NCBI GenBank assembly: GCA_947629955.1
Contig: CANRFT010000006.1
Span: forward strand, 3,226-67,225
Reading direction: 5' to 3'
Origin: an uncultured Oscillospiraceae bacterium
GTDB lineage: Bacteria > Bacillota > Clostridia > Oscillospirales > Oscillospiraceae
Length of the DNA stretch: 64,000 bases
Shown here piece by piece: positions 47,021 to 57,702 of this stretch (the stretch's first letter is position 1; each line of letters opens with the position of its first letter). Under the pieces are notes generated by a model. That model had not been told where the DNA came from and did not search any database. It saw only the letters and a program-made list of their open reading frames with translations. Position numbers and translations under genes: made by a program.

Positions 47021-48047
47021 ATGGAGATCGGCAATCAGATCAAGGCCCTGCGCCAGCAGCGGGGCGTCACCCAGGAGGCGGTGGCCGCCGCCCTGGGGGT
47101 CACCGCCCAGGCGGTGAGCAAATGGGAGACGGACGCCGCCGCGCCCGACATCCAGCTCCTGCCCGCCATCTCGGCCTACTTCGGCGTCACCATCGACGCG
47201 CTGTTCGCCCTGACGGACGAGACCCGGATGGAGCGCATCCAAAACATGATGTGGGACGAGCGGGACCTGGACCCCGCCGCCGCGGAGCGGGAGGCCGCCT
47301 TCCTGCTGGACAAGGCCCGGCGGGAGCCGGACAACGGCCAGGTGTGGACCATGCTGGCCTGGATGGAGAACCACATCGCCGGCACCCACCGCCGCCGGGC
47401 GGAGGGGTACGCCAAGGAGGCGCTCACCCGCGCCCCGGACGACAAGGACGCCCACGCCGAGCTGGCGGAGGCGGCGGGCATCCGCTGCCCCGACTGGTAC
47501 TACAACTCCCACCGCCGGATCATCGACTGGTACAAGGGCTTTGTGGCGCACAATCCCGCGGTCAAGAGGGGCTATCTGTGGCTCATCGACGCTCTGGTGG
47601 AGGACGACCGCCTGGACGAGGCCAGGGCGTACTGCGACAAAATGGGCCAAATCGACCGCACCTTCCGCACCCCGATGCAGCGGGGCCGCGTCGCCTGGCG
47701 GGCGGGGGACCATGACGGGGCGGTGGCCATCTGGGAGCAGATGTGCCGGGACTTCCCCGACGACTGGATGGCCTGGTCCTCCCTGGGGGACGGCTACACC
47801 GTGGCCGGACGGTACGCCGAGGCCATCGCCTGCCACCAGGAGGCCAAACAGCGGCAGACCGCCCCCCCGATTCACCGACTCGTGGGAGGCCGTTGCCCAG
47901 CTCAGGGAGCGGATGGGGGACATCCCCGGCGCCATCCGGGAGCTGGAGGAGGAGATCGCCGTCATGGCCTCCGACTGGGAGACCACCAGCGGTGAGACCG
48001 TTGACGCCGTCCGCCGGGAGATCGACCGGCTGAAAAAGAAGCTGTGA
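47021..48047 (+). pseudogene. XRE HTH + TPR-repeat protein with a +1 frameshift in a C7 tract (47862-47868)
   Basis: N-terminal HTH and TPR-like helices; removing one C gives ..RQTAP-RFTDSWEAVAQLRERMGD..KKKL* (341 aa). Confidence 0.75.
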
Positions 48048-48135
48048 TCTCGATGGACTGACAAGCGTTCATCAAACCGCCCCAAATAATCGTCCGGACG
48101 TGTACGCGATACACGGTCCGGACGATTTTTGCGCG

Positions 48136-48915
48136 CTATTTGCCGCCGGCCAGCTGTGCCGCGAAGCCGGCGGATTTGGCGGTCAGTTCCACCCAGGCGG
48201 GGCGGAAGCCGCTCCTGATGGCGTTGCGTACCGATCTCAGGTTGGACCAGGCGGCACAGTAAAAGGGAACTTTGCCACGGTCCAAAATTTCCAGGGCGAG
48301 CCGGCTGGTCAAGGCGGAGGCCACGCCCCGGCGGCGGTATGCCGGCAGCACGTCCACGCCGATCTGCCACATGGTCTCGCAGTCCGCGGAGCAGCCCGCC
48401 AGCCCCACAAGAGTCCCGCCGTCGTAGGCGCCCACGCCCAGCACGTCCAGTTCCCGGCGGGCTTCGCACAGGGCGTTGGACCACTGGGGCGTGTAGAGCC
48501 CGTCAAAATCGGCCTGGCGCAGGAGCCGCAGCTCGAAGGGGCAGGGGAGAGGCCTCAGCAGGTCCAGGGCCGGGAGGAAATACTCCGCCATGAAGCAGAC
48601 CCGCAGGCCCTTTGCCCGGAGCGCGTCGTCGAGGATGAGGAGGTTGGGCGTCTCAAAGCAGCGGAAGGCCGGGAATCGGCCGATGTACTCCTCCACGGCG
48701 GCCCGGCAGCCCTCCCCCACCGAGGCCACGATGTTGTTCCCGTAGGAGATCAGGTTGCAATCAAAGGGGAGTGCCAGATACCGGCGGGCGGCGGGGTTTG
48801 CCGCCGAGACCGCCACCACGTTTTCGGCCCGGGTGAAGTCCTCCGGGGCGCAGCTGGCGTCGATGGCCGATTGGGCCATGGCGATGCGCAGGATATCCTG
48901 ATCGGTAAAACTCAT
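48136..48915 (-). CDS. GNAT family N-acetyltransferase
   Basis: QIGVDVLPAYRRRGVASAL, PFYCAAWSNLRSVRNA. Confidence 0.88.
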   Translation of the reverse strand: MSFTDQDILRIAMAQSAIDASCAPEDFTRAENVVAVSAANPAARRYLALPFDCNLISYGNNIVASVGEGCRAAVEEYIGRFPAFRCFETPNLLILDDALRAKGLRVCFMAEYFLPALDLLRPLPCPFELRLLRQADFDGLYTPQWSNALCEARRELDVLGVGAYDGGTLVGLAGCSADCETMWQIGVDVLPAYRRRGVASALTSRLALEILDRGKVPFYCAAWSNLRSVRNAIRSGFRPAWVELTAKSAGFAAQLAGGK

Positions 48916-48925
48916 GTCGTCTCCT

Positions 48926-50584
48926 TTATGGGGTCCCGGCCTCCGCCGTCTCTGCGGCCAGGGCCTTTTCGATGTCCGCACGGATGGCCAGCATGGGCCC
49001 CACCGGCACCTTGCGCTCTGCCCGGTCGTAGGTGTAGAGACCGTTGATCTCCCCCTCCACGTCGGAAAGCTGGGTGTAGATGCACCCGCACAGCCCGTTG
49101 GGGATGGAGGGCAGCACCATCTGGCCGTAGAGTTCCCGGATCTTTGCCGTGAGGGCCTCCTCCGAGTCGGCCTCTCCGTAGCCGTAGACCTTCTTTCCCG
49201 GCATATCATGGGCCCTCATCTGCCGGGTATAGCCCCCGCACTCGCTGAGGAACAAAAACTTGCCGGGGCGCTTCGCCTCCAGCACCTCGTTGTGGAGGTA
49301 GATGTGCTCGCTCTGGGCGTCCCCCTCCTCCTGAGCAAACCAGCCGGAGGTGGCGATGTAGAACCGGGAGGGGTCCCGCCTTTTGCAGTCCCGGTAGATG
49401 CGGTCGGAGTCATACTGGCCCCAGCCCTCGTTGAAGATGGTGTAGCCCACCACACAGGGGTGGTCATAGAGGTGGGCCTGGGTGTCCTTTACGTGCTGTT
49501 CAAAGAACGCCTTGCGGAAGGGGGAGTTGAAGCGGTGGGTGTCTCCCCGCTTTTTGAAGCCCAGGTTGGGCAGGGCGGTGTCCCGGATGTAGTCGTAGCC
49601 GCCGGAGTTCACCATGTCCTGGAGCACCAGCATCCCCAGTCTGTCGCAGGCGTGGTAAAAGGCCTCCGGCTCGATCTTGATGTGCTTGCGGAGGGTGTTG
49701 AACCCCAGCTCCTTCATGCGGCGCACGTCCCGCTCATACTCCTCCGGCTCCGCCGGGAGGAACAGACCGTCCTCGAAATAGCCCTGGTCCAGCACCCCGT
49801 GGAGGAACACCGGCTCCCCGTTCAGCAGCAGATGGGTGTGGCCGTTGATTTCCGCTGTGGACACGGTGCGGAGGGCGAAATAGCTGTGGACGATGTCCGT
49901 TCCGGTATAGACGGTCAGGTCGTACAGGAAGGGGTCCTCTGGCGTCCACAGGTGGGGATGGGGCAGGTCGATGCGCACCCGCTTTCCCGAGGTGGCGATG
50001 ACCCCGTCCACCTGGGCGATGACGATGGTGAAGCCCTCTGCCTCCGAGTCGATCTCCAGGTCGATCCCCGTCAGATCAGGGGTGATGCGCAGGCCCCGGA
50101 TGGCGTCTCTGGCGGGGACCGCCTCCAGCCACACCGGCTGCCAGATGCCAGACACGGGGGTGTACCACATGCCGTGGGGCTTTTTGGTCTGCTTGCCGTA
50201 GGGGTAGTCGTGGGAGAGGGTGTCCACCGCCTCCACCGCCAGGGCGTTTTCACCGGCTTTCAGCGCGTCGGTGATGTCGGCGGAGAAGGGGAGGTAGCCC
50301 CCCTCGTGCCGGACCACGGACACCCCGTTGACGAACACCTCCGCCACCTGGTCCACCGCACCGAAGTGGAGGAGCAGCCGGTGGTCCGGGGGCAGGAAGC
50401 CCTCTGGCAGGGTGAAAGCGGTCTCGTAGCGGAGCTGGTCCCCCACATCCCCGTAGGCGGACAGAAGCGCCTGGGGCGGCCAGGGCAGGCGGATGATCCG
50501 CCCGTTCAGCTTCCAGCCGTTGTTCAGGGGGAGAAAGCTGTCCCGCCGCAGTTGCGGGCGGGGATAGTACTGATCCCAGGTCAT
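48926..50584 (-). CDS. Glycoside hydrolase family 2
   Basis: LHFGAVD, SGIWQPVWLE, HGVLDQG, GFNTLRKHIK, FNEGWGQ, LSECGG, YTQLSDVE. Confidence 0.88.
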   Translation of the reverse strand: MTWDQYYPRPQLRRDSFLPLNNGWKLNGRIIRLPWPPQALLSAYGDVGDQLRYETAFTLPEGFLPPDHRLLLHFGAVDQVAEVFVNGVSVVRHEGGYLPFSADITDALKAGENALAVEAVDTLSHDYPYGKQTKKPHGMWYTPVSGIWQPVWLEAVPARDAIRGLRITPDLTGIDLEIDSEAEGFTIVIAQVDGVIATSGKRVRIDLPHPHLWTPEDPFLYDLTVYTGTDIVHSYFALRTVSTAEINGHTHLLLNGEPVFLHGVLDQGYFEDGLFLPAEPEEYERDVRRMKELGFNTLRKHIKIEPEAFYHACDRLGMLVLQDMVNSGGYDYIRDTALPNLGFKKRGDTHRFNSPFRKAFFEQHVKDTQAHLYDHPCVVGYTIFNEGWGQYDSDRIYRDCKRRDPSRFYIATSGWFAQEEGDAQSEHIYLHNEVLEAKRPGKFLFLSECGGYTRQMRAHDMPGKKVYGYGEADSEEALTAKIRELYGQMVLPSIPNGLCGCIYTQLSDVEGEINGLYTYDRAERKVPVGPMLAIRADIEKALAAETAEAGTP

Positions 50585-50643
50585 GTGATCCGCTCCTTTC
50601 GCTTGACGTTCTCCATTTTACCCCCGTTTTCGGGGCAAATCAA

Positions 50644-50673
50644 GACCCCCGGGGAGTGAACTCCCCGGGGGTC
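50644..50673 (-). terminator. Hairpin ending the opp operon
   Basis: GACCCCCGGGGAG-tgaa-CTCCCCGGGGGTC. Confidence 0.65.
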
Positions 50674-50681
50674 GATTTCTG

Positions 50682-51944
50682 TCATTGGTCCAGCGTGTAG
50701 GCAACGCCGTTTACATCATACACATCGGTGATGGCGGCGTCCGGGACGTTGGAGTGGATGATCCGATCCTGGCACCAGACCGTCCAGATGCCTGAGCCGG
50801 CCAGTTCCCCGACGCCGGCGGGGGAGAAGTCCGATCCCACATAGAGAGGGGCCATCCGCAGAGCGATCTCGGCGCAGCCCTCGGTCCCGGAGCAGCACAT
50901 CAGCTGGGGCAGGGAGGTCCGGCACAGACCGTCCGACAGGTCCACAAATGGGGAGCGGATATCGCCGTTTTCCCACTGGTAGTAGCGGGAGAGATCCTCG
51001 CTGTCGACGGGATAGGCCCGAAGACTGACCAGGCTGAGGGGACCGGTGTAGTTCAGTACCCCGACGGTGCGGAGGGCGCCCTCTGACCGATCGAACAGGT
51101 TGAGGGAAAAGGACGTACCGCTGCCATCCAGATTGCGGGTGTAGCCGTCATAGCTGGACAGGACGCCCCGGGTGTAGCCGTTGGCCGCCAGTGTGTCGGC
51201 CAAATAGTCGGCCACGAAGGCGTTTTTCAGCCAGAAGAAGTCCAGAAAGTCCTCACCGCCGTTGGCCTCCGCCCAGTCCAGGTACTCCCGGGAGACGTTC
51301 AGCCGCACCCGGTCATCCCCCAGCAGTTCCAGGTCGACCGCGCCGGCATCCCGGGCGAAGGCCGCGCCCTCAGAGGCGAAGGCGGCGGCGCCCGCGTCGG
51401 TCAGGGGATCGAAATAGGCGGCGTCGACGTCGCTTTCGCAGAAGAACAGGCTTTGGTACATCCCGTAGACCGGCCCCAGGTAAAGGGCCCGGCTGCCGTG
51501 CTCCTCCAACAGGGTAAAGGCTCGGTACAGTACGGGGTCCACCTCCACGATCTCATTGGGATGGTGGTTCACGTCGTAGAGGCCGCCCACCCCGTCCCAG
51601 CTCTGCGCCGTGTCGAACACCTGATAGGCGTGGACGGCGGCGTCGGCATACAGGGCGCTGAGCGCCCGGTTTTCCGCGGTGGCGGAGGTCCCGGAGGCGC
51701 CAAGCTCATAGGACAGGATGAACTCACTGGCGCAGTTCAGACCGGTGGAGGAGCTGATCTCGATCTCCTGCCAGCCCGTGCTTGGAGTCATAAGGGCCGT
51801 AAAGCCGTAGGCAAGCGCGCCCGCCCCGATCAGGAGCAGGATCACCGCGGCCGCCAGCCGTAGCTTGATGTGCTCGTGGGAGAGCTCGATCCGCTCTACC
51901 GGCGGGAGATGGGGCAGATCGCGGTTTCTTGCGGTGCGGCCCAT
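50682..51944 (-). CDS. Membrane-anchored, divergent ApbE (FAD:protein FMN transferase)-like protein
   Basis: N-terminal TM; LYDVNHHP..VEVDPVLY, AFVADYLADTL..GY, SPFVDLSDG loosely match ApbE blocks; TGATG overlap with oppF. Confidence 0.55.
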   Translation of the reverse strand: MGRTARNRDLPHLPPVERIELSHEHIKLRLAAAVILLLIGAGALAYGFTALMTPSTGWQEIEISSSTGLNCASEFILSYELGASGTSATAENRALSALYADAAVHAYQVFDTAQSWDGVGGLYDVNHHPNEIVEVDPVLYRAFTLLEEHGSRALYLGPVYGMYQSLFFCESDVDAAYFDPLTDAGAAAFASEGAAFARDAGAVDLELLGDDRVRLNVSREYLDWAEANGGEDFLDFFWLKNAFVADYLADTLAANGYTRGVLSSYDGYTRNLDGSGTSFSLNLFDRSEGALRTVGVLNYTGPLSLVSLRAYPVDSEDLSRYYQWENGDIRSPFVDLSDGLCRTSLPQLMCCSGTEGCAEIALRMAPLYVGSDFSPAGVGELAGSGIWTVWCQDRIIHSNVPDAAITDVYDVNGVAYTLDQ

Positions 51945-53251
51945 CAGATCACAGCCAGGATCAGCAGCAGGATAAAGATGACCAAAATCACCGCCAGGAA
52001 GATCAGTCCGGCGATGGCGCCCTTCCAGCACGCCTTATAGTTGCGGATGTGGTTATAATGCCGGAACAGCAGGGCCCCGATGATGCCCAGAATGGGCAGC
52101 AGGAAGGACAGGAAGGTGAACCAGGCGGAGCCGGTGTCGTGGACAGGGGCGGCCAGGAACTGCTTCTCGGCCTCGGCGTCCACGGCCTCGCTGCGGTGCT
52201 TGTTGGCCGCGGCGGCCGTCTCCGGGTCGGCAATGGTGATGGGCTTCAGGGGCTCGCCCTTCTCCCGGATGGCCTTGTACTCCTCGATCTCCTTCTTGTT
52301 GCCGTAGACCCAGTGGTCATGGCCGATATTGACGAACTCCGGCTTGTCTACGCTGTAGTCGTGGATAGAGGGGTCGTAGGTATAGAGCACCTTGCTCTTT
52401 TCCAGTTTGGGGTCCGGGATGGGGATGGCGGAGATCAGGGAGTGGGTGTAGGGGTGCAGGGGGAAGTCGAACAGCTCCTCGGCGGCGGCGACCTCCACGA
52501 TGCGCCCCTTGTAGATGACGCCGATGCGGTCAGAGATGAAGCGGACCACGGACAGGTCGTGGGCGATGAACAGATAAGTCAGGCCCTTTTCCCGCTGGAA
52601 CTTCTTCATCAGGTTCAGCACCTGCGCGCGGATGGACACGTCCAGAGCGGAGATAGGCTCGTCGGCCACCACCAGCTCAGGCTCCATGACCATGGCCCGG
52701 GCGATGCCGATGCGCTGCCGCTGGCCGCCGGAGAACTCATGGGGGTAACGGGTCAGGTGCTCGGGGAGCAGGCCAACTTCCTCGATCATGGTCTCCACCT
52801 TGTGGACGCGGTCGGCCTCGTTCTCGAACAGATGGAAGTTGTAAAGGCCCTCGGAGATGATGTAGTCCACCGTGGCGCGCTCATTCAGCGAGGCGGCGGG
52901 GTCCTGGAACACCATCTGCACGTTGCGGATGACGTCCCGGTCCAGGGAGTGGGGGATCTTGCCGGAGATTTTCACGCCCTTGTAGTCGATCTCGCCGGCG
53001 GCCAGGGGATTGACACGGATGACCGCCCGGCCGATGGTGGTCTTGCCGGAGCCGGACTCGCCCACCAGGGAGAAGGTCTCGCCCTTGTAGATGTCGAAGG
53101 ACGCGTCCTGCACGGCGCGGACGGCGTTGTCGCCCTTGCCGAAGGTGATGTCGATATTCTTGATGGAGACCAGGATCTCTTTGCCGTTTTCGGCAATGGG
53201 GCCGGTCATATCATGGAGCTTGCCGTTGACCGTCACTGCGGTTTCAGCCAT
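51944..53251 (-). CDS. oppF: Oligopeptide ABC ATPase OppF/AmiF with C-terminal two-TM extension
   Basis: [39 protein letters not shown]. Confidence 0.92.
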   Translation of the reverse strand: MAETAVTVNGKLHDMTGPIAENGKEILVSIKNIDITFGKGDNAVRAVQDASFDIYKGETFSLVGESGSGKTTIGRAVIRVNPLAAGEIDYKGVKISGKIPHSLDRDVIRNVQMVFQDPAASLNERATVDYIISEGLYNFHLFENEADRVHKVETMIEEVGLLPEHLTRYPHEFSGGQRQRIGIARAMVMEPELVVADEPISALDVSIRAQVLNLMKKFQREKGLTYLFIAHDLSVVRFISDRIGVIYKGRIVEVAAAEELFDFPLHPYTHSLISAIPIPDPKLEKSKVLYTYDPSIHDYSVDKPEFVNIGHDHWVYGNKKEIEEYKAIREKGEPLKPITIADPETAAAANKHRSEAVDAEAEKQFLAAPVHDTGSAWFTFLSFLLPILGIIGALLFRHYNHIRNYKACWKGAIAGLIFLAVILVIFILLLILAVI

Positions 53252-55016
53252 TGCTGGTCCCCCCTTCCTCGATGTTGTACGCAGCCATCAGCTTCTCGTG
53301 GATGTTGTGGATGCCCTCCGGCTTGTCGATCTTGGGGGCGCGCGGGTCCAGCAGCCAGGTCTTGGCGGAGTGGGTCTCCGTGACCTTGAACATGGGGGGC
53401 TCCTCCAGGGTGTCGATCTTCAGGCAGTACGGGTTGCGGGGGGCGAACGCGTCGCCCACGATCTGGTTGTACAGGGAGGGCGGGGTGCCGGTGATGGAGT
53501 ACAGCTGGCCGCCCGACTGGGCGAGCTGGGGCAGGGAGGACAGCAGAGCCCAGGTGTAGGGGTGCCTGGGATCGTAGAAGACCTCTTCCACGGTGCCCAG
53601 CTCGATGATCTGGCCGGCGTACAGCACCGCCACCCGGTCGGCGATGTTGGCCACCACGCCCAGGTCGTGGGTGATGAACACGATGGTGTAGCCGAACTCC
53701 TTCTGCAGGTCCTTGATCAGCTGAAGGATCTGGGCCTGGATGGTCACGTCCAGAGCGGTGGTGGGCTCGTCGCAGATCAGGATCTTGGGCTGGCAGGACA
53801 GGGCGATGGCGATGACGATACGCTGGCGCATGCCGCCGGAGTACTGGAAGGGGTAGTCATCGAACCGCTGCTCGGCCTTGGGGATGCCCACCTTGTGCAT
53901 CAGTTCGATGGCGCGGCGGCGGGCCTCCACCTCGGAGCAGCCCTGGTGCTTGAGGATGACCGAGGTGATCTGCTTGCCGATGGTGATGATGGGGTTCAGA
54001 GAGGTCATGGGGTCCTGGAACACGGTGGCGATGCGGCGGCCGCGGACCTTGGTCCAGTCCTTGGCGTAGTGCATGTTGGCCAGATTCAGGATGCAGGTGC
54101 CATGGAGCTGCTCCGGGGTCTCGTCCAGATAGCGCACCCGGAAGGTGACCGTGTCGAACACGGCGCTGCGCTGGATGTCGTCATTCAGGTCCACGCCCAT
54201 CTCCATGGCCTTTTTCAGAGCGTCTGCCAGCTTGCGGGCCAGCTTGATCCGGGACGCCAGGGGATAGCGGCCCACGGACAGGTAGATCTCCTTGGCCAGG
54301 ATCTCGTTGCGCTTGACGGTCTCGGGGCTGATCTCGGCCTGGATCTCCTGGGCATGCTTGGCCTTCAGAGCGGCCATCTTCTCGTTGAACTGGGCCTGAT
54401 AGGCGGTATCATGGGCCAGTTCGGCCGCCTTCTCCTTGGCCAGGCGCTCGTTGCGGGCCTTCATGTCCTTGATCTGTTTGTCCAGATCGTTGATCTTGTC
54501 GGTGAGGGCCTTGATCTCGGCCTTCTCCTTGTGGGGGTCGAGGGTCTGCTTCAGGTTGAAGGCCTCGGTGCGCTCGTGGACCAGCTCCTGCACTTCGGCC
54601 TCGGCCTGGGCCTCCTCCTCGGCGCTGAGGCCGCTGCGCGCCTTCTTCTCGCTCTCCAGGGCGAGGATCGCCTTATAGGTCTCGGCGCCGAACTCCAGCT
54701 TGGAGTACTCGTTCAGCTTCTTCAGGGAGGTGCTCATGATGTTCTTGGCGATGCCGTCGATCTTCACCACGGTGTCGGCCAGCTCGTCGTCATGGAAGAT
54801 CAGCTGGCCGTTGCTGATGAAGCCGTTGGAGTCCAGCATACCGGCGAAGGTCTTGGTAAACACCGACTTGCCGGAGCCCGACTCGCCCACGATGGCGATG
54901 GACTCGCCCTCGTAGATGTCCAGGGAGATGCCCCGGATGGCGGTGAGGATACGGCCGCGGACGCGAAATTTCACATGCAGGTCCTTGACGGACAGCAATA
55001 CTTTTTTGTCTTCCAT
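53244..55016 (-). CDS. oppD: Oligopeptide ABC ATPase OppD/AmiE with ~235-aa helical insertion
   Basis: [47 protein letters not shown]. Confidence 0.92.
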   Translation of the reverse strand: MEDKKVLLSVKDLHVKFRVRGRILTAIRGISLDIYEGESIAIVGESGSGKSVFTKTFAGMLDSNGFISNGQLIFHDDELADTVVKIDGIAKNIMSTSLKKLNEYSKLEFGAETYKAILALESEKKARSGLSAEEEAQAEAEVQELVHERTEAFNLKQTLDPHKEKAEIKALTDKINDLDKQIKDMKARNERLAKEKAAELAHDTAYQAQFNEKMAALKAKHAQEIQAEISPETVKRNEILAKEIYLSVGRYPLASRIKLARKLADALKKAMEMGVDLNDDIQRSAVFDTVTFRVRYLDETPEQLHGTCILNLANMHYAKDWTKVRGRRIATVFQDPMTSLNPIITIGKQITSVILKHQGCSEVEARRRAIELMHKVGIPKAEQRFDDYPFQYSGGMRQRIVIAIALSCQPKILICDEPTTALDVTIQAQILQLIKDLQKEFGYTIVFITHDLGVVANIADRVAVLYAGQIIELGTVEEVFYDPRHPYTWALLSSLPQLAQSGGQLYSITGTPPSLYNQIVGDAFAPRNPYCLKIDTLEEPPMFKVTETHSAKTWLLDPRAPKIDKPEGIHNIHEKLMAAYNIEEGGTSNG

Positions 55017-55028
55017 AGCTGTCCCTCC

Positions 55029-56018
55029 TTACATGTGGGTCCGGGGATCGGACGCGTCGCCCAGATTCTGGCCGACTACGTACAGCACCACGGTGATGAT
55101 GGAGGCGATGACCACGGGGGACCAGAACTCGATCTCCCAGCCGGGGGTGACCATGGCGGTCTCGGACGCGTAGATCAGCTTGCCCAGAGACATCTCGCTC
55201 ATGCCCATGCCGATGTAGGACAGGAACACCTCGTAGCTGATGTAGGAGGGGATCTCGGTGGCCAGCAGGGTCACGATGACGGAGGTCATGAAGGGCAGGA
55301 TGTTCTTCATGGCGATCTTGATGGTGGAGGTGCCCAGGCAGCGGGAGGCCAGGTTGTACTCCCGGTCACGGATGATGACCACCTGGGTCCGGATGAAGTA
55401 GGCGATGCCCAGCCAGCCCACCACCGTCAGGGCCAGGACCATGGTCCAGAAGGTGGGGGAGAACAGCATGGCCATGACGGAGATGATCAGGATCATAGGC
55501 ACGTTGCCGATGATGTTGTAGACCTCAGTCATGATGATATCCACTCGCTTGGAGAAGCCCCACACAGCGCCCAGCAGCACGCCGATGGTCATGTTGATGG
55601 CGGCGCAGATGAAGGCCAGGGAGATGGAGATGCGGGAGCCGTACCACATGGCATCCCAGGTGGACTGGCCGGAGCCGCCGGTGCCCAGGATCCAGTGGAG
55701 GGTGTGGCCGAACATCTGCATGGCCGCGGCGGGACCTAAGTGCTTGGACTCGGAGTTCATCAGGTTGATGTAGGGGTCCACCTCAGGGTCGTAGCCGATC
55801 ACGGCGGGATAGATGTAGGCAAAGGCGACCAGGGCCACCAGCAGGACCAGGATGACGATATTGATCTTGTTGCGGAAGAACACGCGGAACACCGACTTCC
55901 AGTAGGAGTACCGGGGGGCGGTGATCTTTTCCGACTCCAGCGCGCTGTGGTCTACGGGAGCGAAGAGCTCAGCGTCGCTCAGATCGTGCTTTTTGTTCAG
56001 ATCCAATGTCTCTTTCAT
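55029..56018 (-). CDS. oppC: Oligopeptide ABC permease OppC/AmiD
   Basis: SYWKSVFRVFFRNK, LGT, WYGSRISI, REYNLASRCLG. Confidence 0.92.
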   Translation of the reverse strand: MKETLDLNKKHDLSDAELFAPVDHSALESEKITAPRYSYWKSVFRVFFRNKINIVILVLLVALVAFAYIYPAVIGYDPEVDPYINLMNSESKHLGPAAAMQMFGHTLHWILGTGGSGQSTWDAMWYGSRISISLAFICAAINMTIGVLLGAVWGFSKRVDIIMTEVYNIIGNVPMILIISVMAMLFSPTFWTMVLALTVVGWLGIAYFIRTQVVIIRDREYNLASRCLGTSTIKIAMKNILPFMTSVIVTLLATEIPSYISYEVFLSYIGMGMSEMSLGKLIYASETAMVTPGWEIEFWSPVVIASIITVVLYVVGQNLGDASDPRTHM

Positions 56019-56024
56019 CTTCGC

Positions 56025-57602
56025 TCACCTCGCTTTGTCCGTAAAGGAGATACGGGGATCCACAGTGGACATGAGCACGTCGCCCAGGATCAGGGCCACC
56101 ACGGACAGCACCGCGTAGAACAGGGTCACGCCCACGATAACGCCGTTGTCGTACTTGTTGATGGCCTGGGTCAGCAGGTTGCCGGCGCCGGGGACCACGT
56201 ACACGCGCTCGGTGATGATGGCGCCCGTCATGGCGAAGATCACGCTGCCGGGGATGCCGTGGACCAGCGGGATCATGGCGTTCTTCCAGATGTGCTTGGT
56301 AAAGATCTCAGACTCGGACAGGCCGCCGGACCGGGCGAACTTCACATAGTCGGAGTTCATCTGGTCGATCATGTACCGGCGCATCCACTTCATCAGGTTG
56401 GCGATGGAGGGAAGGGCCAGGGACACGATGGGCAGGATGTACATCAGCTTGCTGGAGGAGTCCATGTCGAACACCGTCGGCAGTCCGAAGACCCGGCCGC
56501 CCACCGCCTTGAACAGGAAGATGTAGGCCAGGGAGGGCACGGCGATGATGAACATGATGTAGATGGTGCCGATCTTGTCCAGCAGGCCCTCCTTGAACCG
56601 GGCCATGGCCAGGCCGATGGGCAGGCCCAGGACATAGGCCATGATGGTGGACAGGATGCCGATCACGAAGGAGTAGCCCAGCTTGCTGAAGCCGCCCCGC
56701 CGGGCCGCCACGCTGGTGTAATCGTCAGTGAAGCGGGTCTGGAGCAGCGGGTTGGCGGACAGGGACCCGGCCAGATAGGTGGCGGTGTGCAGGTCGTCCG
56801 CGCTGTCCTCGGTGTGGCCGGTGGGATTGGTGACGTAGGAGTATTTATAGGAGCCCTGGGACAGGGACATGGTGTCGAACACGTCCACGCCCATATTCAC
56901 ACTGTAGGACTGGCCCAGATGGATGGTGGCCAGGTTCTGGTGGAGATAGGGGAATTGATCGTCGAAATAAAGCAGGTACTTGTGATAGGTACCGTTGCCC
57001 ATGATGGCGGGGGAGAACTTCTCGCCGCCGTAGATGGGGTCATAGAGCGTAAAGGACAGGCCCCGCTCTCCGATGTCGTTCTCAGCGGGGACATAGTGGA
57101 TGTTGTCCACAAAGATCAGGTCCATGAAGTAGGTCAGCGCCCGCTGGAACACCGGGATGTCCCGGCTGGCGAAGAGCTGCTGTTGGCCGCCGTTGGCCAC
57201 GCGTCGGCCGCTCATCTTGGCGTCCAGGCGGGTCACGGTGTAGCCCTGCTCCTCGTAATACGCGGTGAATTGCCGGACATACTCCGCGGTCTCGTCGGAG
57301 TCCTGTTCCGCGGTGCGGCCGATGGAGACCACCGCGTCGCGGGTCTCCTGGTCGATCTCACCGTCTCTGGCAAGCTGGTTGATGTAGTCCTGATAGGTGA
57401 CATAGTGGAGGTAGCCGTAGTCCTCCCATTTCTGATACATATAGGTCGTGCGGCTGTTGTTGCTCTGGTGGGTGAAGTTGGGGTCCTGGGCGAAGATCTG
57501 ATTCCGGTTCATCAGGGAGTAGATCAGCACCATGACCACGAGCACGACGATGATCACGGAGATCGCGCCGTGTATGAGCCGTTTCACTACATATTTTCCC
57601 AT
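56025..57602 (-). CDS. oppB: Oligopeptide ABC permease OppB/AmiC with large extracellular loop
   Basis: SDYVKFARSGGLSE, KHIWKNAMIP, ITERVY. Confidence 0.92.
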   Translation of the reverse strand: MGKYVVKRLIHGAISVIIVVLVVMVLIYSLMNRNQIFAQDPNFTHQSNNSRTTYMYQKWEDYGYLHYVTYQDYINQLARDGEIDQETRDAVVSIGRTAEQDSDETAEYVRQFTAYYEEQGYTVTRLDAKMSGRRVANGGQQQLFASRDIPVFQRALTYFMDLIFVDNIHYVPAENDIGERGLSFTLYDPIYGGEKFSPAIMGNGTYHKYLLYFDDQFPYLHQNLATIHLGQSYSVNMGVDVFDTMSLSQGSYKYSYVTNPTGHTEDSADDLHTATYLAGSLSANPLLQTRFTDDYTSVAARRGGFSKLGYSFVIGILSTIMAYVLGLPIGLAMARFKEGLLDKIGTIYIMFIIAVPSLAYIFLFKAVGGRVFGLPTVFDMDSSSKLMYILPIVSLALPSIANLMKWMRRYMIDQMNSDYVKFARSGGLSESEIFTKHIWKNAMIPLVHGIPGSVIFAMTGAIITERVYVVPGAGNLLTQAINKYDNGVIVGVTLFYAVLSVVALILGDVLMSTVDPRISFTDKAR

Positions 57603-57702
57603 ATTATTCTCTCAACTCGCTTTTCTACGGCACAGGGGGGTAGGGACAATCCCTACCCCCCTGTAAGCGTTTTTTGAAGTTTTCAGCGGATGATCGATCA
57701 GA

